This document shows positions 25,851 to 39,360 of a stretch of 64,000 bases of DNA, in pieces. Below the pieces are notes generated by a model. It made no database searches. It saw only the letters and a list, made by a program, of their open reading frames with translations, and was not told where the DNA came from. Every line of letters starts with the position of its first letter. The first letter of the stretch is position 1. Origin of the DNA: Octopus vulgaris (Eukaryota); the NCBI GenBank assembly GCA_951406725.2, contig OX597817.1:144460001-144524000 (forward strand), given 5' to 3'. Position numbers and translations under genes: made by a program.

Positions 25851-26066
25851 AGGCTGCAAGGTGGCAGAAACGTTAGCATGCCAGATGAAATGCTTAGCGG
25901 TATTTCGTCTGTCTTTATGTTCTGATTTCAAATTCCACTAAGGTCGACTTTGCATTTCATCCTCACGGGATCAATAAATTAAGTACCAGTTGTGTACTGG
26001 GGTTGATCTAATCAATTGGCCCCCTCCCACCAAATTTCGGGCCTTGTGCCTAGAGTAGGAAAGAAC
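25851..26066 (+). mobile_element. SINE family E, full length
   Basis: TGGCAGAAACG A-box-like, GATTTCAAATT B-box-like, TTTCATCCT...TAAATTAAGTACCAG central domain. Confidence 0.8.
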
Positions 26067-26375
26067 ATCCTTTGTTTTAATTCTTCCATTGGTTTAATTC
26101 TTCTCTATCCTTTCTGTGTCACCCAATACTTTCTTTGGATTGCTTCATAGAATCTTGTTTATATTTTACCCCCATTGCTAAGAATCTCTACCCTCGCAAG
26201 ATCATTTTGCAACTAGTCTATCTGTCCCTGCTGTCACCTTTCCCACCATGGTTCTCTTTCTGTCTTTTGTGATTTTGATATTTTTCACTCTGTGTCTTTC
26301 CCACTGTTGCAATGTACACTAAGTGGTTGCTCATGATAGCATTTCTTCCACTATTGTCCATGACTTGGTCAACTA

Positions 26376-26592
26376 TCTCTTTACTCTCTACTCTTTTACT
26401 TGTTTCAATCATTTGACTGTGGCCATACTGGAGCACTGTCTTTAGTCAAGCAAATCGACCCCAGGACTTATTCTTTGTAAGCCTAGCACTTATTCTATCG
26501 GTCACATTTTGCTGAACCGCTAAGTTACGGGGACATAAACACACCAGCATCAGTTGTCAATTGATGTTGGGGGGACAAACACAGACACACAA

Positions 26593-26637
<45 letters not shown>

Positions 26638-26803
26638 CATATATACGACAGGCTTTTTTCTGTCTACCAAATACACTCACAAGGCTTTGGTTGGCCCAAG
26701 ACTATAGTAGAAGACACTTGCCCAAGGTGCCACGCAGTGGGACTGAACCTGGAACCATGTGGTTGGTAAGCAAGCTACTTACCACACAGCCACTCCTACA
26801 CCT
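26376..26803 (-). mobile_element. SINE family A, full length
   Basis: Colinear with 3070-3485. Confidence 0.9.
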
Positions 26804-26877
26804 ATCTGTATCGTTTTCCTTATTTTGATCTTTGTAATTTTTTTTTTATTGATGATAACCTTTTGCTTTCAACTGGA

Positions 26878-27111
26878 TCATAATCGTGGCCAATGCCAGT
26901 GTCACGTCAATGGCACATGTGCCAGTGGCATATAAAAAGTACCCACTCCACTCTTGGAGTGTTTGGTCTTAGGAAGGGTATCCAGCTGTAGAAACCTTGC
27001 CAAATCAGACTGGAACCTAGTGCAACTCCCTGACTAACCAGTTTTCAATCAAACCGTCCAACCCATGCCAGCATGGAAAGCAGAAGTTAAATGATGATGA
27101 TGATGATGATG
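26878..27111 (+). mobile_element. RTE 3' end (family D)
   Basis: GTGCCAGTGGCATATAAAAAG...GTTAAA(TGA)n. Confidence 0.8.
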
Positions 27112-27460
27112 GCTGGGTAATAATCATGTAATCTACCGGAAATAACCAACTCTTCATCAGAAAAGTTATGTTCTGGTCCCTCATATGCTCAGTTTAGGGG
27201 CTTTTATTTCCTTTTTTAATTATATACACTGTGTTAATTATAGAAAAAAATTTTTTTTTGTTTCCTTTATTTTTTATTATAGAAATTAAAATGTACTTTT
27301 ACTCATTTGGATTTAAATGAGTTAGCTTTAACATTGAAAAAATATATATAACTTAACTTTCTTTGATTTATTATAAGATGTATTGATTTTAAATCAAAGG
27401 AAAATTTTTTTAAAATGAGATAGACAATTTATATAGAATGATAATTTTTAAAACAAGGAG

Positions 27461-27996
27461 TTACACACATGTATCTGCTTTCTCATCGAATCTTCTTTCC
27501 TTTAGCATCTTTCTTCTCTGTGCATTTTGCACACTGTCTTGCAGGGTTCTTTTTCTTATCACTTGTGGTATTTCCATGGGAAAGTGACTAACTGGGGCAA
27601 ATTTTGTTGGATGTGTGATCGATGATAGTCTTCCTGGTTTCATGGGAGGCAATAAGGGCCAATATTTTTCAATAATATTGGTGACTATTTGCATTCTAAA
27701 TTTCAGTGCTTTCATAGCAGAAGCTGAAGTTTCCAAAGATGCTTTCTACAAAACATAAGCATTCCAGATAGCCAAATCCATCAAAGGAAAAAAATACTTT
27801 TTTATAATATTTTTTCCCACGTAAATTTTTTCCACGAGTAAATTTGTGATTGCTCAAAAATGAAACGACACAAAACAAATAAACTCGTTTGAGTGCTAAA
27901 ATTAAAAGTTAATTTTGACCGAGTATACTCGTCTGGTTCTAAAAAGATACATTTGCGATGCACGAGTAAACTCAGGATAATCCATTAAGGGGTTAA
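27461..27996 (-). mobile_element. Internally deleted piggyBac remnant (transposase C-terminus plus one end)
   Basis: KKYYKKVFF/LMDLAIWNAYVL...FRMQIV...HFP and a Cys-containing tail; terminus GGG-TTAA at 27990-27996; GACCGAGTATACTCGTC subterminal palindrome. Confidence 0.75.
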
Positions 27997-28929
27997 TATG
28001 GAGTGTCTGAACCTCCATATTTTCTAAATGGTTACTGAAAGCATGGAATATTGCTATTAGGTCATCATGTCACACTGCTTGTGAGTGACAGCTAAGCTTT
28101 CACACCTGTTTATGAGATTATCCTGTATGTTCTGCCCTTCGTGAATTGCTTGTTTGACACAGATTTTTTCCCAATCAACTAGCATTCACCTGGAGTGGGC
28201 GCATAATTCTGCCAGGAGCTGGTGTGGACGGGGGGAGTACTTACATAATTAATGACCGTTAGGAGACAAAGCAGCTCTTATGTTGTGGTTATTGACATCT
28301 ATTGTTGATGAGATGCAAACCACAAAAGGTAAAAACATCAAACAATACAAACACCAGTCAAGGTGTGTAAAATAACAAAGAGAGAATGCAAATGCCTTTA
28401 TGCAGGTGTCTATACCATTCTCAGATTAATATATTCTTCTCTTTATTTGTTTTCTCGTTTCAGTCATAGACTGGGGTGGCCATGCTGGGATAATGCTTTC
28501 AAGGTTTTTACCCCGTTTGTAATCAGCTACACGATGCATTCCAGAAGTTTCGAGACATTTTCAGGTGAGATATCATATTAAAATGTTCAGGGTCCTTGTC
28601 ACAGCCTCCTTCATTTTTTTCAGTGTCTTTGAAATAACTGCTTCTGAGGTTCCCCTTCAGCTTGAGGAACAGTTAAAACCCACAAGGAGCAAGGTCTGGA
28701 TTGTAAGGAGGGTGAGGGACAGTTTTGATGTCCACCTCTGTCAAGTAGTTTGTGACAAGGATGGGACAAACTTTGTGGAAATTTTGTGCATGTTCAGGCT
28801 TTCGTGTATAATTCTGTACAGTTGCCATACCACCTCTAAACTGTATGTTTGTTGTCTTTATAGATTTCTTTCTAAGCTATGCAGGGCTGATCAAAAGGGA
28901 TCATAAACGTTTTGGGACATTCTTATTTT

Positions 28930-29158
28930 TTATTCTTTTATTTGTTTCAGTCATTTGACTGTGGCTATGCTGGAGCACAACCTTTAGTCGAATAAATCAA
29001 TACCAGGACTTATTCTTTGTAAGCCTAGTACTTATTCTATCAGTCTCTTTTGGCAAACCGCTAAGTTACGGGGATGCAAACACATCAACATCGGTTGTCA
29101 AGCGATGGTGAGGGACAAACACAGACACACAAATACACACACATACACACACACATAC

Positions 29159-29238
<80 letters not shown>

Positions 29239-29398
29239 GATTGGCTTCTTTCATTTTCTCTCTACCAAATCCACTCACAAGGCCTTAGTTGGCCTAAGGC
29301 TATACTAGGAGACACTTGCCCAAGCTGCCATGCAGTGAGATTGAATCCGGAACCATGTGGCTGGTAACCAAGCTACTTACCACACAGCCACTCCTGTG
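28930..29398 (-). mobile_element. SINE family A nested in mariner
   Basis: Colinear with 3070-3485. Confidence 0.88.
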
Positions 29399-29780
29399 CT
29401 CACACAAGCAAATAACAAAAGCGTCATTTTTAACAATTAGAGCTCCCAAAGGTGGGGGGAGTAACTATAACATTGACTGGGTTTATCCATGGAAAGAAAA
29501 ACCTATGGAAAACCACGTCTGTTGTCTTCATAGACTCATGACAGTATTCATCTGGAAAATTGCAAATTTTCTTCTCAACCAGCTCTGATGTTCTGATGTC
29601 TGACTCCCTCGACACACCTCTCGTTATCGCTTACCTCCTCTCTACCATCTTTCAATCTCTTGTGCCAGCAAAAAACAAAAGAAACAAAGATGTTTGGCTC
29701 ACACAAGTTAACCCATGACCAGTCTGGAGCATTTCATAAGTTTCTGCATTGTTTTCACCCAGTTTAAAACAAAAATCTTA

Positions 29781-29858
29781 TTTACATTATTTACATTTGA
29801 CAGATATTTGTCCTCATCTTGTTTGTTGTTAACACGTTTCGGCTGATATTCCCTTCCA
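29781..29858 (-). mobile_element. Truncated copy of the hammerhead-bearing tail of 47683-47993
   Basis: Reverse complement reads ATATCAGCCGAAACGTGTTAACAACAAACAAGATGAGGACAAATATCTGTCAAATGTAAATAATGTAAA. Confidence 0.8.
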
Positions 29859-29999
29859 AGCTCTGCTGTAAACAGCAGAAGTGAGCTAGAATGTTAAAAC
29901 TTAGTGTGTGCATGTGCAACAGAGTTTAAGATCAATATGTGCCAAGTGGCTTCACTCTGCATGTTTTAACTTCATAAATATTAGAATTGTAATGATATG

Positions 30000-30772
30000 C
30001 AGTAGAACTTCACAGTACGAGTGCCCCATTGTACGAGTAATTTGCTGTACGAGCCAAGACTCATGCAAATTTTTGTCTTGAAGTACAAGCAGAAATTCAC
30101 AGTACGAGCACACAAATCGTCCCATCTTTAAGGTAATTCAGTTAATAAAACCAGTTTACATATTTCTTTTGGATTCTCTTTTTTATAATTGTCATATCTT
30201 ACTTGTGACTACACCTTTTCTATTTTAGAACCCCTAAAAAATAATTTATGAGTGGTTTTCCTCTCTTTTACTTGTTTCAGTCATTTGACTGTGGCCATGC
30301 TGGAGCACCACCTTTAGTCAAGCAAATTGACCCCAGGACTTATTCTTTGTAAGCCTAGTACTTACTTTATCGGTCTCTTTTTGCCAAACCCCTAAGTTAC
30401 GGGGACATAAATACACCAGCATCAGTTGTCAAGTGATGTTGGGGGGACAAACACAGATGCACAAACATATACACACACACACACGTACATATATATATAT
30501 ATATACATATATACAATGGGCTTTTTTCAGTTTCCGTCTACCAAATCCACTCACAAGGCTTTAGTCGGCCTGAGGCTATAGTAGAAGACACTTGCCCAAG
30601 GTGCCATGCAGTGGGACTGAAACTGGAACCATGTAGTTTGTAAGCAAGCTACTTACCACACAGCCACTCCTACGGTTTTGTGGGGCTGGAATGGATTAAT
30701 TATATTTTGGGTAATTTCAATGGGGAAAATCGATTTATGGAACGAATTAAACTCTACCACGAGGTATCACTG
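30000..30772. mobile_element. Tigger/pogo-like MITE containing a SINE A (30261-30671, -)
   Basis: Ends CAGTAGAACTTC... / ...GAGGTATCACTG-TA; repeated GTACGAG subterminal motifs. Confidence 0.6.
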
Positions 30773-31184
30773 TATTTCATTAACCTAGGGTGGTTCTAAC
30801 TGCCTCTCCTAAAAAAGTCTCAAAACTTCTGGAATGCACCTCATATTTATGGTAATGACCATTATTTATGAAAGGCTGTTTTACTTTCTGGCAGAAAGGA
30901 CTGCAACTTAAAATACAACGTTACAATGGTACACACAAACACTGACACACTCACATCCAAGCATGCATGCACACACACACTCAGACAAATGTCAAACTGC
31001 TGTTGGAATGACAACATAAAGAGCAATAAATATTTATGAAATATCTTAAACTGTTTACGTGTTTACTCAACAAACTAAAATATTATACAGGTTGTCCATA
31101 AATTATCTTTACAACTTCCACAGTTTATTGTAGCATTAGTTGTGTGCAACCAATGGGGCTCACATGGGAATGTGCTGGTGTTTC

Positions 31185-31187
31185 TGA

Positions 31188-31221
<34 letters not shown>

Positions 31222-31400
31222 GATGGTGGTGGTGGTGGTTTTGATGGTGGTGATGGTGGTGATGATGATTGTGATGGTGGTGGTAGTGGTGGTGGCAGCA
31301 GTGGTGGTGGTAGTGATGATGATGATGATAATTATGGTGGTGGCGATGGCGGCGGCGGTGATGGTGGTGGTGGTGGTGGTGATGATGATGATAATGATTC
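31185..31400. repeat. (GAT/GGT)n array
   Basis: Directly visible. Confidence 0.95.
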
Positions 31401-31704
31401 AGAAAGGAGACTAAATCAAGCAAAATGGACGCCTGTCTCACTTTAAAGTCAAAACTAGACAGAAACTCTTTTGGTTTTATTAATTCCTGCATGAAATTTC
31501 TTAATCTTTAACAATAAGGAATTCCATTATAGTTTGATGAAAACAGACAGAAAAATCATTTGTGACAAAAATAATGAGTCTAATTAAGTAAAAGCAACCT
31601 ACGGGGTGCAGGAATGGCAGCGTGGTTAAGCAGTTTATTTTGGGACTGTAATAGTTCCAGGTTTGATGTCACTGAGTAACATTTTTGGTAGATGTCTTCT
31701 ATGA

Positions 31705-32584
31705 TGGTTCACAGACAGGATGCTGAATGCACTTTTGTCGAAGAACATGAAGCTGAAGCCAAGAAGCTGAATGGACACAACGCCAGACAGATATAAAGCC
31801 AAACAGACAAGATGCTGACATATGAAAATTGAAATTTAATCTCATTAAATCTTAAGTGCCAAATTAGTGAATTGGTAATTAAACTATGTAAGTAGGAATG
31901 ATTTTTTTTTTATTGTATCCAGTCAGTTTCATGTCCATTTGGTTTTATGTCCATTCGGCATTGTGTCCATTCGGCTTTATGTTCATTCAGCATTATTATG
32001 TCCATTCAGCATTGTGTCCATTCAGCAATGTGTCCATTTGGCATTGTGTCCATTCAGCTTTATGTCCATTCAGCATTATGTCCATTCAGTATTGTGTCCA
32101 TTCAGCAATGTGTCCATTTGGCATTGTGTCCATTCAGCTTTATGTCCATTCAGTATTATGTCCATTCAGCATTGTGTCCATTCAGCAATGTGTCCATTTG
32201 ACATTGTGTCCATTAGGCTTTATGTCCATTCAGCTTTGTGTCCATTCAGCAATGTGTCCATTCGGCATTGTGTCCATTCAGCACTGTGTCCATTTGGCAT
32301 TGTGTCCATTCAGCTTTATGTCCATTCAGCATTGTGTCCATTTGGCTTTATGTCTATTTGGCATTGTGTCCATTTGACATTGTGTCCATTTGGCTTTATG
32401 TCTATTTGGCATTGTGTCCATTTGATATTGTGTCCATTTGGCTTTATGTCTATTTGGCATTGTATCCATTTGGCTTTGTGTCCATTTGGCATTGTGTCCA
32501 TTCAGCATTGTGTCCTTTTGACATTGTGTCCATTCAGCACTGTGTCCATTTGGCATTGTGTCCAGCCAGCATCCTGTCCACACA
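31705..32584. mobile_element. Fold-back transposon-like element with 16-bp repeat arms
   Basis: About 40 units of TGTCCATTCAGCATTG (31915-32565); reverse units GCTGAATGGACACAA in the left arm; termini GACAGGATGCTG / CAGCATCCTGTC. Confidence 0.6.
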
Positions 32585-32934
32585 CATTTACTATAGCTTT
32601 GAATTGACTAAAGCTTGAAGGCCATTACAGAAATCATCCCTCTTCTTAGGTGGTAGATTTATCAACCATCCATCTCAGCTGTGTGGGGACTGGCATGTCA
32701 AACAAACAGGCCCAACGTTTCCTCTGCATGTTGCAAAAGGTGTTAAAGAGGTTGGGGTAAGATTTACACTCTGACCATGTAAACCCCTTACCAGCAACGA
32801 TTATCCAAACAGAGCCATGGGTTGAAGGGTTGTCTCCTGAATGACGCAAACGGATCATCTACCAAGAGTAGAAGGGATTCACCAACAAATGGTGGATGCA
32901 GCAATGCACTGTTATAGTGCATGCCTCCAATCAG

Positions 32935-32944
32935 CTGCTACTGT

Positions 32945-32977
<33 letters not shown>

Positions 32978-33114
32978 AACTACTGCTGCTGCTGCTATTA
33001 CTAGTACTGCTGCTGCTGCTGCTGCTGCTACTACTACTACTACTACTACTACTGGTACTACTACTGCTGCTGCTGCTGCTACTGCTGCTACTGCTGCTGC
33101 TGCTGCTGCTGCTG

Positions 33115-33153
<39 letters not shown>

Positions 33154-33170
33154 TTACTACTACTGCTGTT
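32935..33170. repeat. (CTA/CTG)n array
   Basis: Directly visible. Confidence 0.95.
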
Positions 33171-33406
33171 GCTCAGTAAACCTTTCACCAATCTCGGAAG
33201 TCCAGTGAAAGATTACAAGTATTACCTTTATTCACTATTAAAAAACATTAGCAAATATATTTTTTAAAATTCTGATTTTATAATGATAATAAACTTATTG
33301 TTTAGGTATGCCACAACTCATTAGAAAATGGTAAAAGAGTGGACAAAAGTGCAGCAATAAATCAACTAAAGAAACAGAACAACAAAAGCCAAAAGTGAAT
33401 GTATAA

Positions 33407-34195
33407 TGCTTCCCAACCAAATGGTTCCAGGTTCAGTCCCACTGTGTGGCACCTTGGGCAAGTGTCTTCTACAATAGCCCCAGGCCAACCAAAGCCTTGT
33501 GATTGGATTTGGTAGATGGAAACTGAGAGAAGGTCATAGTTCCCCATGACTTAGAGGTTCAGTAAAAATGTTTGACAGAATAAGTACCAGCCTTTAAAAT
33601 AAATCCTGAGGTTGATTTGTTTTGAATAAAACATTCAAGGTGGTGCCCCAGCATGGCCACAGTCTGGTGATTGAAACAAGTAAAAGAAAAAAGATAAAAG
33701 GTATACATGCACACATCTGTGTGTGCGTGCGTGCATGTATGTGTGTGTGTGTTTGTGTATGCATGTATGTGTTTATCTTTGTGTCTATGTTTGTCCCCAC
33801 CACCACCACCACTGCTTGATGACTGGTGTTGGTGTGGTGATCATCATCATCATCATCATTCTTTAACGTCCGTTTTCCATGCTAGCATGGGTTGGGCAGT
33901 TTGACCAGGGACTGGCAAGCCAGGAGGCTGCACCAGGCCCCAATCTGATCTGGCAAGGTTTCTACAGCTGGATGCCCTTCCTAACACCAACCACTCCAAG
34001 GGTGTAGTGGATGCTTTTTACATGCATCGACCACGTTCAGATGGTGGTCTTTATGTGCCACTGGCATGGGGAGCCAGTCAGGCAGCACTGGCAATGACCC
34101 ACACATGAATGGTGCTTATTGCGTGCCACCAGCATGAGAGCCAGTCAGGCAGCACTGGTATCAGCCACAACTACAATTTCCATTTAACTGTGATT
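33407..34195. mobile_element. SINE A fragments (+) followed by RTE 3' end family D (-, 33841-34195)
   Basis: Homology to the other A and D copies. Confidence 0.75.
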
Positions 34196-34224
34196 TGATT
34201 TTTGATTTTGATTTTGATTTTTAT

Positions 34225-35553
34225 GTGGTACTTATTTCATTGACCCCAAAAGGATGAAAGACAAAGTCAACCCTAGGAGCATTTGAACTTAGAATCTAAA
34301 GATGAACAAAATGATACTTAGGCATTTTACCTAGCATGCTAATGAGTCTACCCAGATTTTGACACAAATTTCAGGGAATGAGGAAGTTGATTATATCAAC
34401 CCCAGTATATGACTGGTATACGAAATGATACTTAAGCGTTTTACCTAGCATGCTAATGAGTCTACCCAGATTTTGACACAAATTTCAAGGAATGAGGAAG
34501 TTGATTATATCAACCCCAGTATATGACTGGTATTTTTTTTATCGACCCTGAAGTGATGAAAGGCAAAGTTGATCTCGGCAGGACTTGGATTCAGAACATA
34601 AAGACAGACGAAATGCTATAAACATTTTTGTCTGGCATGCTAACAGAATAATAATAATCCTTTCTACTATAGGCACAAGGGGCCTGAAATTTGTGGGGAG
34701 GGGACTAATTTATTACATCGACCCCAGCGTTTCACTGGTACTTAATTTATTGACCCCAAAAGGATGAAAAGCAAAGTTGATGTCGGCGGAATTTGAACTC
34801 AAGAAGTAGCAACAGACGAAATACCACTAAGTATTTCGTTTTGGTGTGTTAACGACTCTGCCAGCTTGCATTTGTTATGGTAGTAGAAACTTTTGTACTT
34901 CGTTCAAAATTTCGATATTGTGCATGAAAAATAAAACTCATAAACGCAGGGTCTCATAAAACAGGCCCTCTTTCAGTGAGGTATTACTGTATTTTATACA
35001 CACATGCCGCTGCTTTCAATCCACTAAAAGTGCACGAACTGTAGAAAACAATTAGGCCTGGGTAATTTGCATAACTGAAGCAAAAATAAACCATGAGAGT
35101 TAACTTGAAGCGACTAGCGACATAGCTTTCTACTCTAAACACAAGGTCCGAAAGTTTGGGAGAGGGGACTAGTCAATTAGATCAACACCAGTACGCAACT
35201 GGTACTTAATTTATCTACCCTGAAAGGATGAAAGGCAAAGTCGACCTCGGCGGAATTTGAATTCAGAACGTAAAGACAGACGAAATACCTATTTCTTTAC
35301 TGCCCACAAGGGGCTACACATAGAGAGGACAAACAAAGACAGACAAACGGATAAAGTTGATTATATCGACCCCAGTGCATAACTGGTACTTATTTAATCA
35401 ACCCCAGTGCATAACTGGTACTTATTTAATTGACCCCAAAAAGATGAAAGGCAAAGTTGACCTCGGCGGAATTTGAACTCAGAACGTAAAGACAGACGAA
35501 TACCACTAAGTATTTTGTTTGGTGTGTTAACGACTCTGCCAGCTTGCTGCCTT
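34225..35553 (-). mobile_element. Cluster of SINE E copies with internal tandem duplications
   Basis: Repeated GACCCC.AAAGGATGAAAGGCAAAGT.GACCTCGGCGGAATTTGAACTC in 34225-34868 and 35126-35553. Confidence 0.8.
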
Positions 35554-36303
35554 ACAGAAATGATAATAATAATTGTTAACTTAGAAAACACTTTTACAAA
35601 CAAGGCCTCCTTTGTAATCAGTTCAAGAAAAAAAATGTAGTAACCTTGACGCTTTTCCCTTTTGTAAAGCGATATTTTTTACATGAGAAAAAAAAACCCA
35701 AAAAAATGCTAATTGGATTTCTTTATTTAATGTATTTAATTACTTAGGCATTCACATATATAATTACATTGTCTAGCTATTATTATTACATGTGAGAAGG
35801 ATCTGGAAATAAAATTATTCCAATTCAGCTAATTAGAAATTGTGTGAATGTCTCAGCAACACAGATTTCTGTCGTTAACTAGTTTGGTAACTTGAAAATC
35901 CTTGCTGTGTTTCTAAAAATACTCAAGTTTTTGATCTAATGCTGCAAAAGTTTTTTAAAGATCTTCTCTGTGTTAATTTACAAAACACAAGGGAACATTC
36001 ATAATGTTCTTTAATTCTAACTGCAATTAAAGCAAGGCATGCAACATTACATGTATTTATTTACAGCATTTTGAGGGAGTAAACCATAAAAGTCCTTAAG
36101 GGAAATATTTATGTGCGCAGTGGTAGATTGGCCAGGTTGCCAGCTTTCCCAATGGCAAGTGGGCCCCTGCGCCATTAGAATCCATATATGGGGGCCCAAG
36201 TTAGTATCTAAGGGGCCCATCTCCTTGAGTTTGAGAATTTTATATTCACTCCTGGAAGAATTCATTATTTCAGCATGGCTGTGTTTGTAGACAGTTGAAA
36301 AGA

Positions 36304-37300
36304 ATCATCATCATCGTTTAACGTCCATTTTCCATGCTAGCATGGGTTGGACGGTTCGACCAGGGTCTGGGAAGCCAGAAGGCTGCACCAGGCTCCAGTC
36401 TCATCCAGCAGTGTTTCTACAGCTGGGTGCCCTTCCTAACGCCAACCACTCAGTGAGTGTAGTGGGTGCTTTTTACATGCCAGGCAAGGCTGGCAATGGC
36501 CACAATCGGTTGGTGCTTTTTACATGCCACCAGCATGGAAGCCAGTCAAAGTGGCGCTGGCATCAGCTATGTTCGGATCATGCTTTTTATGTGCCACTGG
36601 CACAGGGATCACAACTACAATTTCCATTAACAAAAAAAAATTAAATGATAGCATCGTAGTTGTGGGTAGGCCCCCTTGCAGTTGTGTGGAGAGGCCCTTA
36701 GTTTCCTGGCAACCAATATTTTCAGACACAGTCTGCCACTGTTGGTGCATATATGTGAATCTGCTGGAGCTTATTGAGAATGAATATACAAGTCATCATT
36801 TTGATTCTTACAGCTCCCTGTGTACATGATGATTTAATGTGTATATATAAGGGCGGCTGTGTAGTAAGAAGTTTGCTTTCCTACCACATGGTTCTAGTGG
36901 CTGCACCAACCGCCAATCTGATCTGGTAATGTTTCTACAGCTGGATGCCCTTCCGAATGCCAACCACTCCAAGAGTGTAGTGGGTGCTTTCTATGTGTTA
37001 CCAGTACAGGAGCCAGTCAGGCAAGCCTGGCATCAATCACGTTTGGATAGTGCTTTTTATGTACCACTGGTACATGAGCCAGTCAGGGGATACTGGTATC
37101 AGCCAGTTTCGGATGGTGCTTTTTATGTACCACTGGCACAGGAGCCAATCACGTGGGCCTGGCATCGATCATGTTTGGATTGTGCTTTTTACAGCTCATG
37201 TGCCAGTCAGGGGATACTGGCATTGGCCTTGTTCAGATGGTGCTTTTTATGTGCCGCCAGCACAGGAGCCAGTTAGGCAGGCTTGGCATCGATCACGTTT
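36304..37300 (-). mobile_element. Two RTE 3' ends (family D): 36304-36630 and 36898-37300
   Basis: (CAT)n GTTTAACGTCC tail on the first; repeated GGTGCTTTTTATGT.CCAC units in both. Confidence 0.8.
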
Positions 37301-37359
37301 GGGTGTGTGTGTGGGTGTATATTTTTTGCTGATGGATAGATAGATAGAAAGATACATAC

Positions 37360-37424
<65 letters not shown>

Positions 37425-37867
37425 ATATATATTGATTTGAAAACCCCACTAGATTGGGAGAAAGCGCTAATCCGAATGATATGATCTGAATGATATGATA
37501 TATATGTAAAAAATGTAATATATAAATAAATATCTACAAATATGAACCATCTGATCTGATTACCTCATTTTTTCTAATATATATATATATATATATACAC
37601 ATGTATTTAGTATATGTTCATACGTTTATTTACTACACGTTTATTTTAATTATATATATTAAATTAATTATATGTCTTTAAGATGATGATACACCATGAA
37701 GATACCAGAGTAACCCTATAAACTGGCCTTCACCAGTAATAAATATAGACTGTTCTACTTCTTAGAGTGTGTTTCTTCTCTGGATTTGTGTTTTTCTAAA
37801 AATAGACAATATATGTGTGTGTGTATGTGTATGTGTGTGTGTATATATATATGTATATATATTACAA

Positions 37868-38433
37868 AGACCGAGACCTCTGGAGAAATGCTGTGACTAT
37901 GAAGCCCTGGTGAATAAAGTGTGTTCACGGCTGTATCCTACACTAGATTCACATGACCAGCCCCAGCCCATTCAAAGTACCTTGGATTGTAGGGCGACCT
38001 GCTGTGCTTGAGGAGACCTATTGAGTCAAATACATCAACATTAAAATGAAAATCAAATGGAAATTGTAGTTGTGATACCTGTGCTGGTGGCACATACAAA
38101 GCACCATCTAAACATGGCCAATGCCAGTGCTGGATTGACTGGCTTCCATGCCGGTGGCATGTAAAAAGCACCTACAAATCATGGCCATTGCCAGCCTCCT
38201 CTGGGCCCTGTGCCGGTGGCATGTAAAAAACACCCACTACACTCACAGAGTAGTTGGCGTTAGAAAGGACATCCAGCTGCAGAAACACTGCCTGATCAGA
38301 TTGGTGCCTGGTGCAGCCTCCTGGCTTCCCAGACCCCAATCAAACCATCCAACCCATACTAGCATGGAAAATGGACGTTAAACGATGATGAAGATGATGA
38401 TGATGATAATGATGATGATGATGATGATGATGA
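37868..38433 (+). mobile_element. RTE 3' end including last ORF codons
   Basis: DRDLWRNAVTMK-like C-terminus, UTR units, GGACGTTAAAC(GAT)n. Confidence 0.8.
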
Positions 38434-38454
38434 TTACAATAGTACAATAGCCAA

Positions 38455-38831
38455 AGGCAGCAAGCTGGCAGAACCATTAGCATGCCGGGTGAAATACTTA
38501 GTGGTATTTCGTCTGTCGACTTTGCCTTTCATCCTTTCAGGGTCGATAAATTAAGTACCAGTTACGCACTGGAGTCGATGTAATCGACTTAATACCTATG
38601 TCTGTCCTTGTTTGTACCCTCTGTGTTTAGCCCCTTGTGGGTAATAAGGTAATAAAGAAATAGGTATTTCGTCTGTCTTTATATTCTGAGTTCAAATTCC
38701 GCTGAGGTCAACTTTGCCTTTCATCCTTTTGGGGTCAATAAATTAAGTACCAGTTGTATAGTGGGGTCAATATAATCGACTGACTCCCTTCCCCAAAAAT
38801 TTTGGGCCTTGTGACTAGAGTAGAAAAGAAT
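38455..38831 (+). mobile_element. SINE family E, dimeric
   Basis: Head plus two central domains. Confidence 0.8.
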
Positions 38832-38914
38832 ATTACAATAATCAGTTATATGTTGTGCATGTATAGTAATATTGTGATCATGAAATTAGCATTAGCTTAT
38901 CTCGCTCTTTCTCG

Positions 38915-39190
38915 CAGAATCCCTAGGAACCTCTTGCAGAACACTAGGGTTCCAGGAAACCCTGGTTGAGAAACGCTGGGTTAGGATGCTGATTGTAAGA
39001 TGGTAGTTTCAATTCTTGAACTGAGCGACATATTGTGTTCTTGAGCAAAACACTTTCACATTGCTGCAGTCCACTCAATGGGTGAAAAAGAGTAACCATG
39101 CAAGGGACTAGCATCCCATCCAGGAGGGGAACACATTTGCCATGGAAACCAGGAAACTGGCCCTTATGAATCAGCATGACTCATAAGGGT
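38915..39190 (+). mobile_element. hAT-like MITE end (to ~38978) abutting SINE C tail type 3
   Basis: GGGTTCC..GAAACCCTGGTTGAGAAACGCTG terminus; C core TGTGTTCTTGAGCAAAACACT. Confidence 0.55.
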
Positions 39191-39360
39191 CACATTACCA
39201 ACAGCACCCAAGTCACCCAATGCATTTGCTCTCCCAGTTACCGTCACAGCCTTGACTGCAGTTGACCATCAGGTATGGTCAGCCATCCTGAGGGACATAG
39301 GGAACACATTGATCAGAACCAGCTCAACCCACCCCAAGTGGATGCCACCACAAGTACAAT

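Larger units (their letters stand above)
28528..30845 (-). mobile_element. Decayed mariner with nested insertions
   Basis: TIRs ATGCATTCCAGAAGTTTCGAGAC / GTCTCAAAACTTCTGGAATGCA; VPHPPYNPDLAPCGF*LFLKLK near 28640-28730. Confidence 0.75.

Noticed and set aside
27140-27170. CTGATGAAG on the minus strand (also CTGATGA at 15118)
   Set aside because: No stem II followed by GAAA; chance core matches.
31898-32618. Cys/His-rich repetitive ORFs resembling metal-binding proteins
   Set aside because: A by-product of a 16-bp tandem repeat; the same peptides appear in all three frames.
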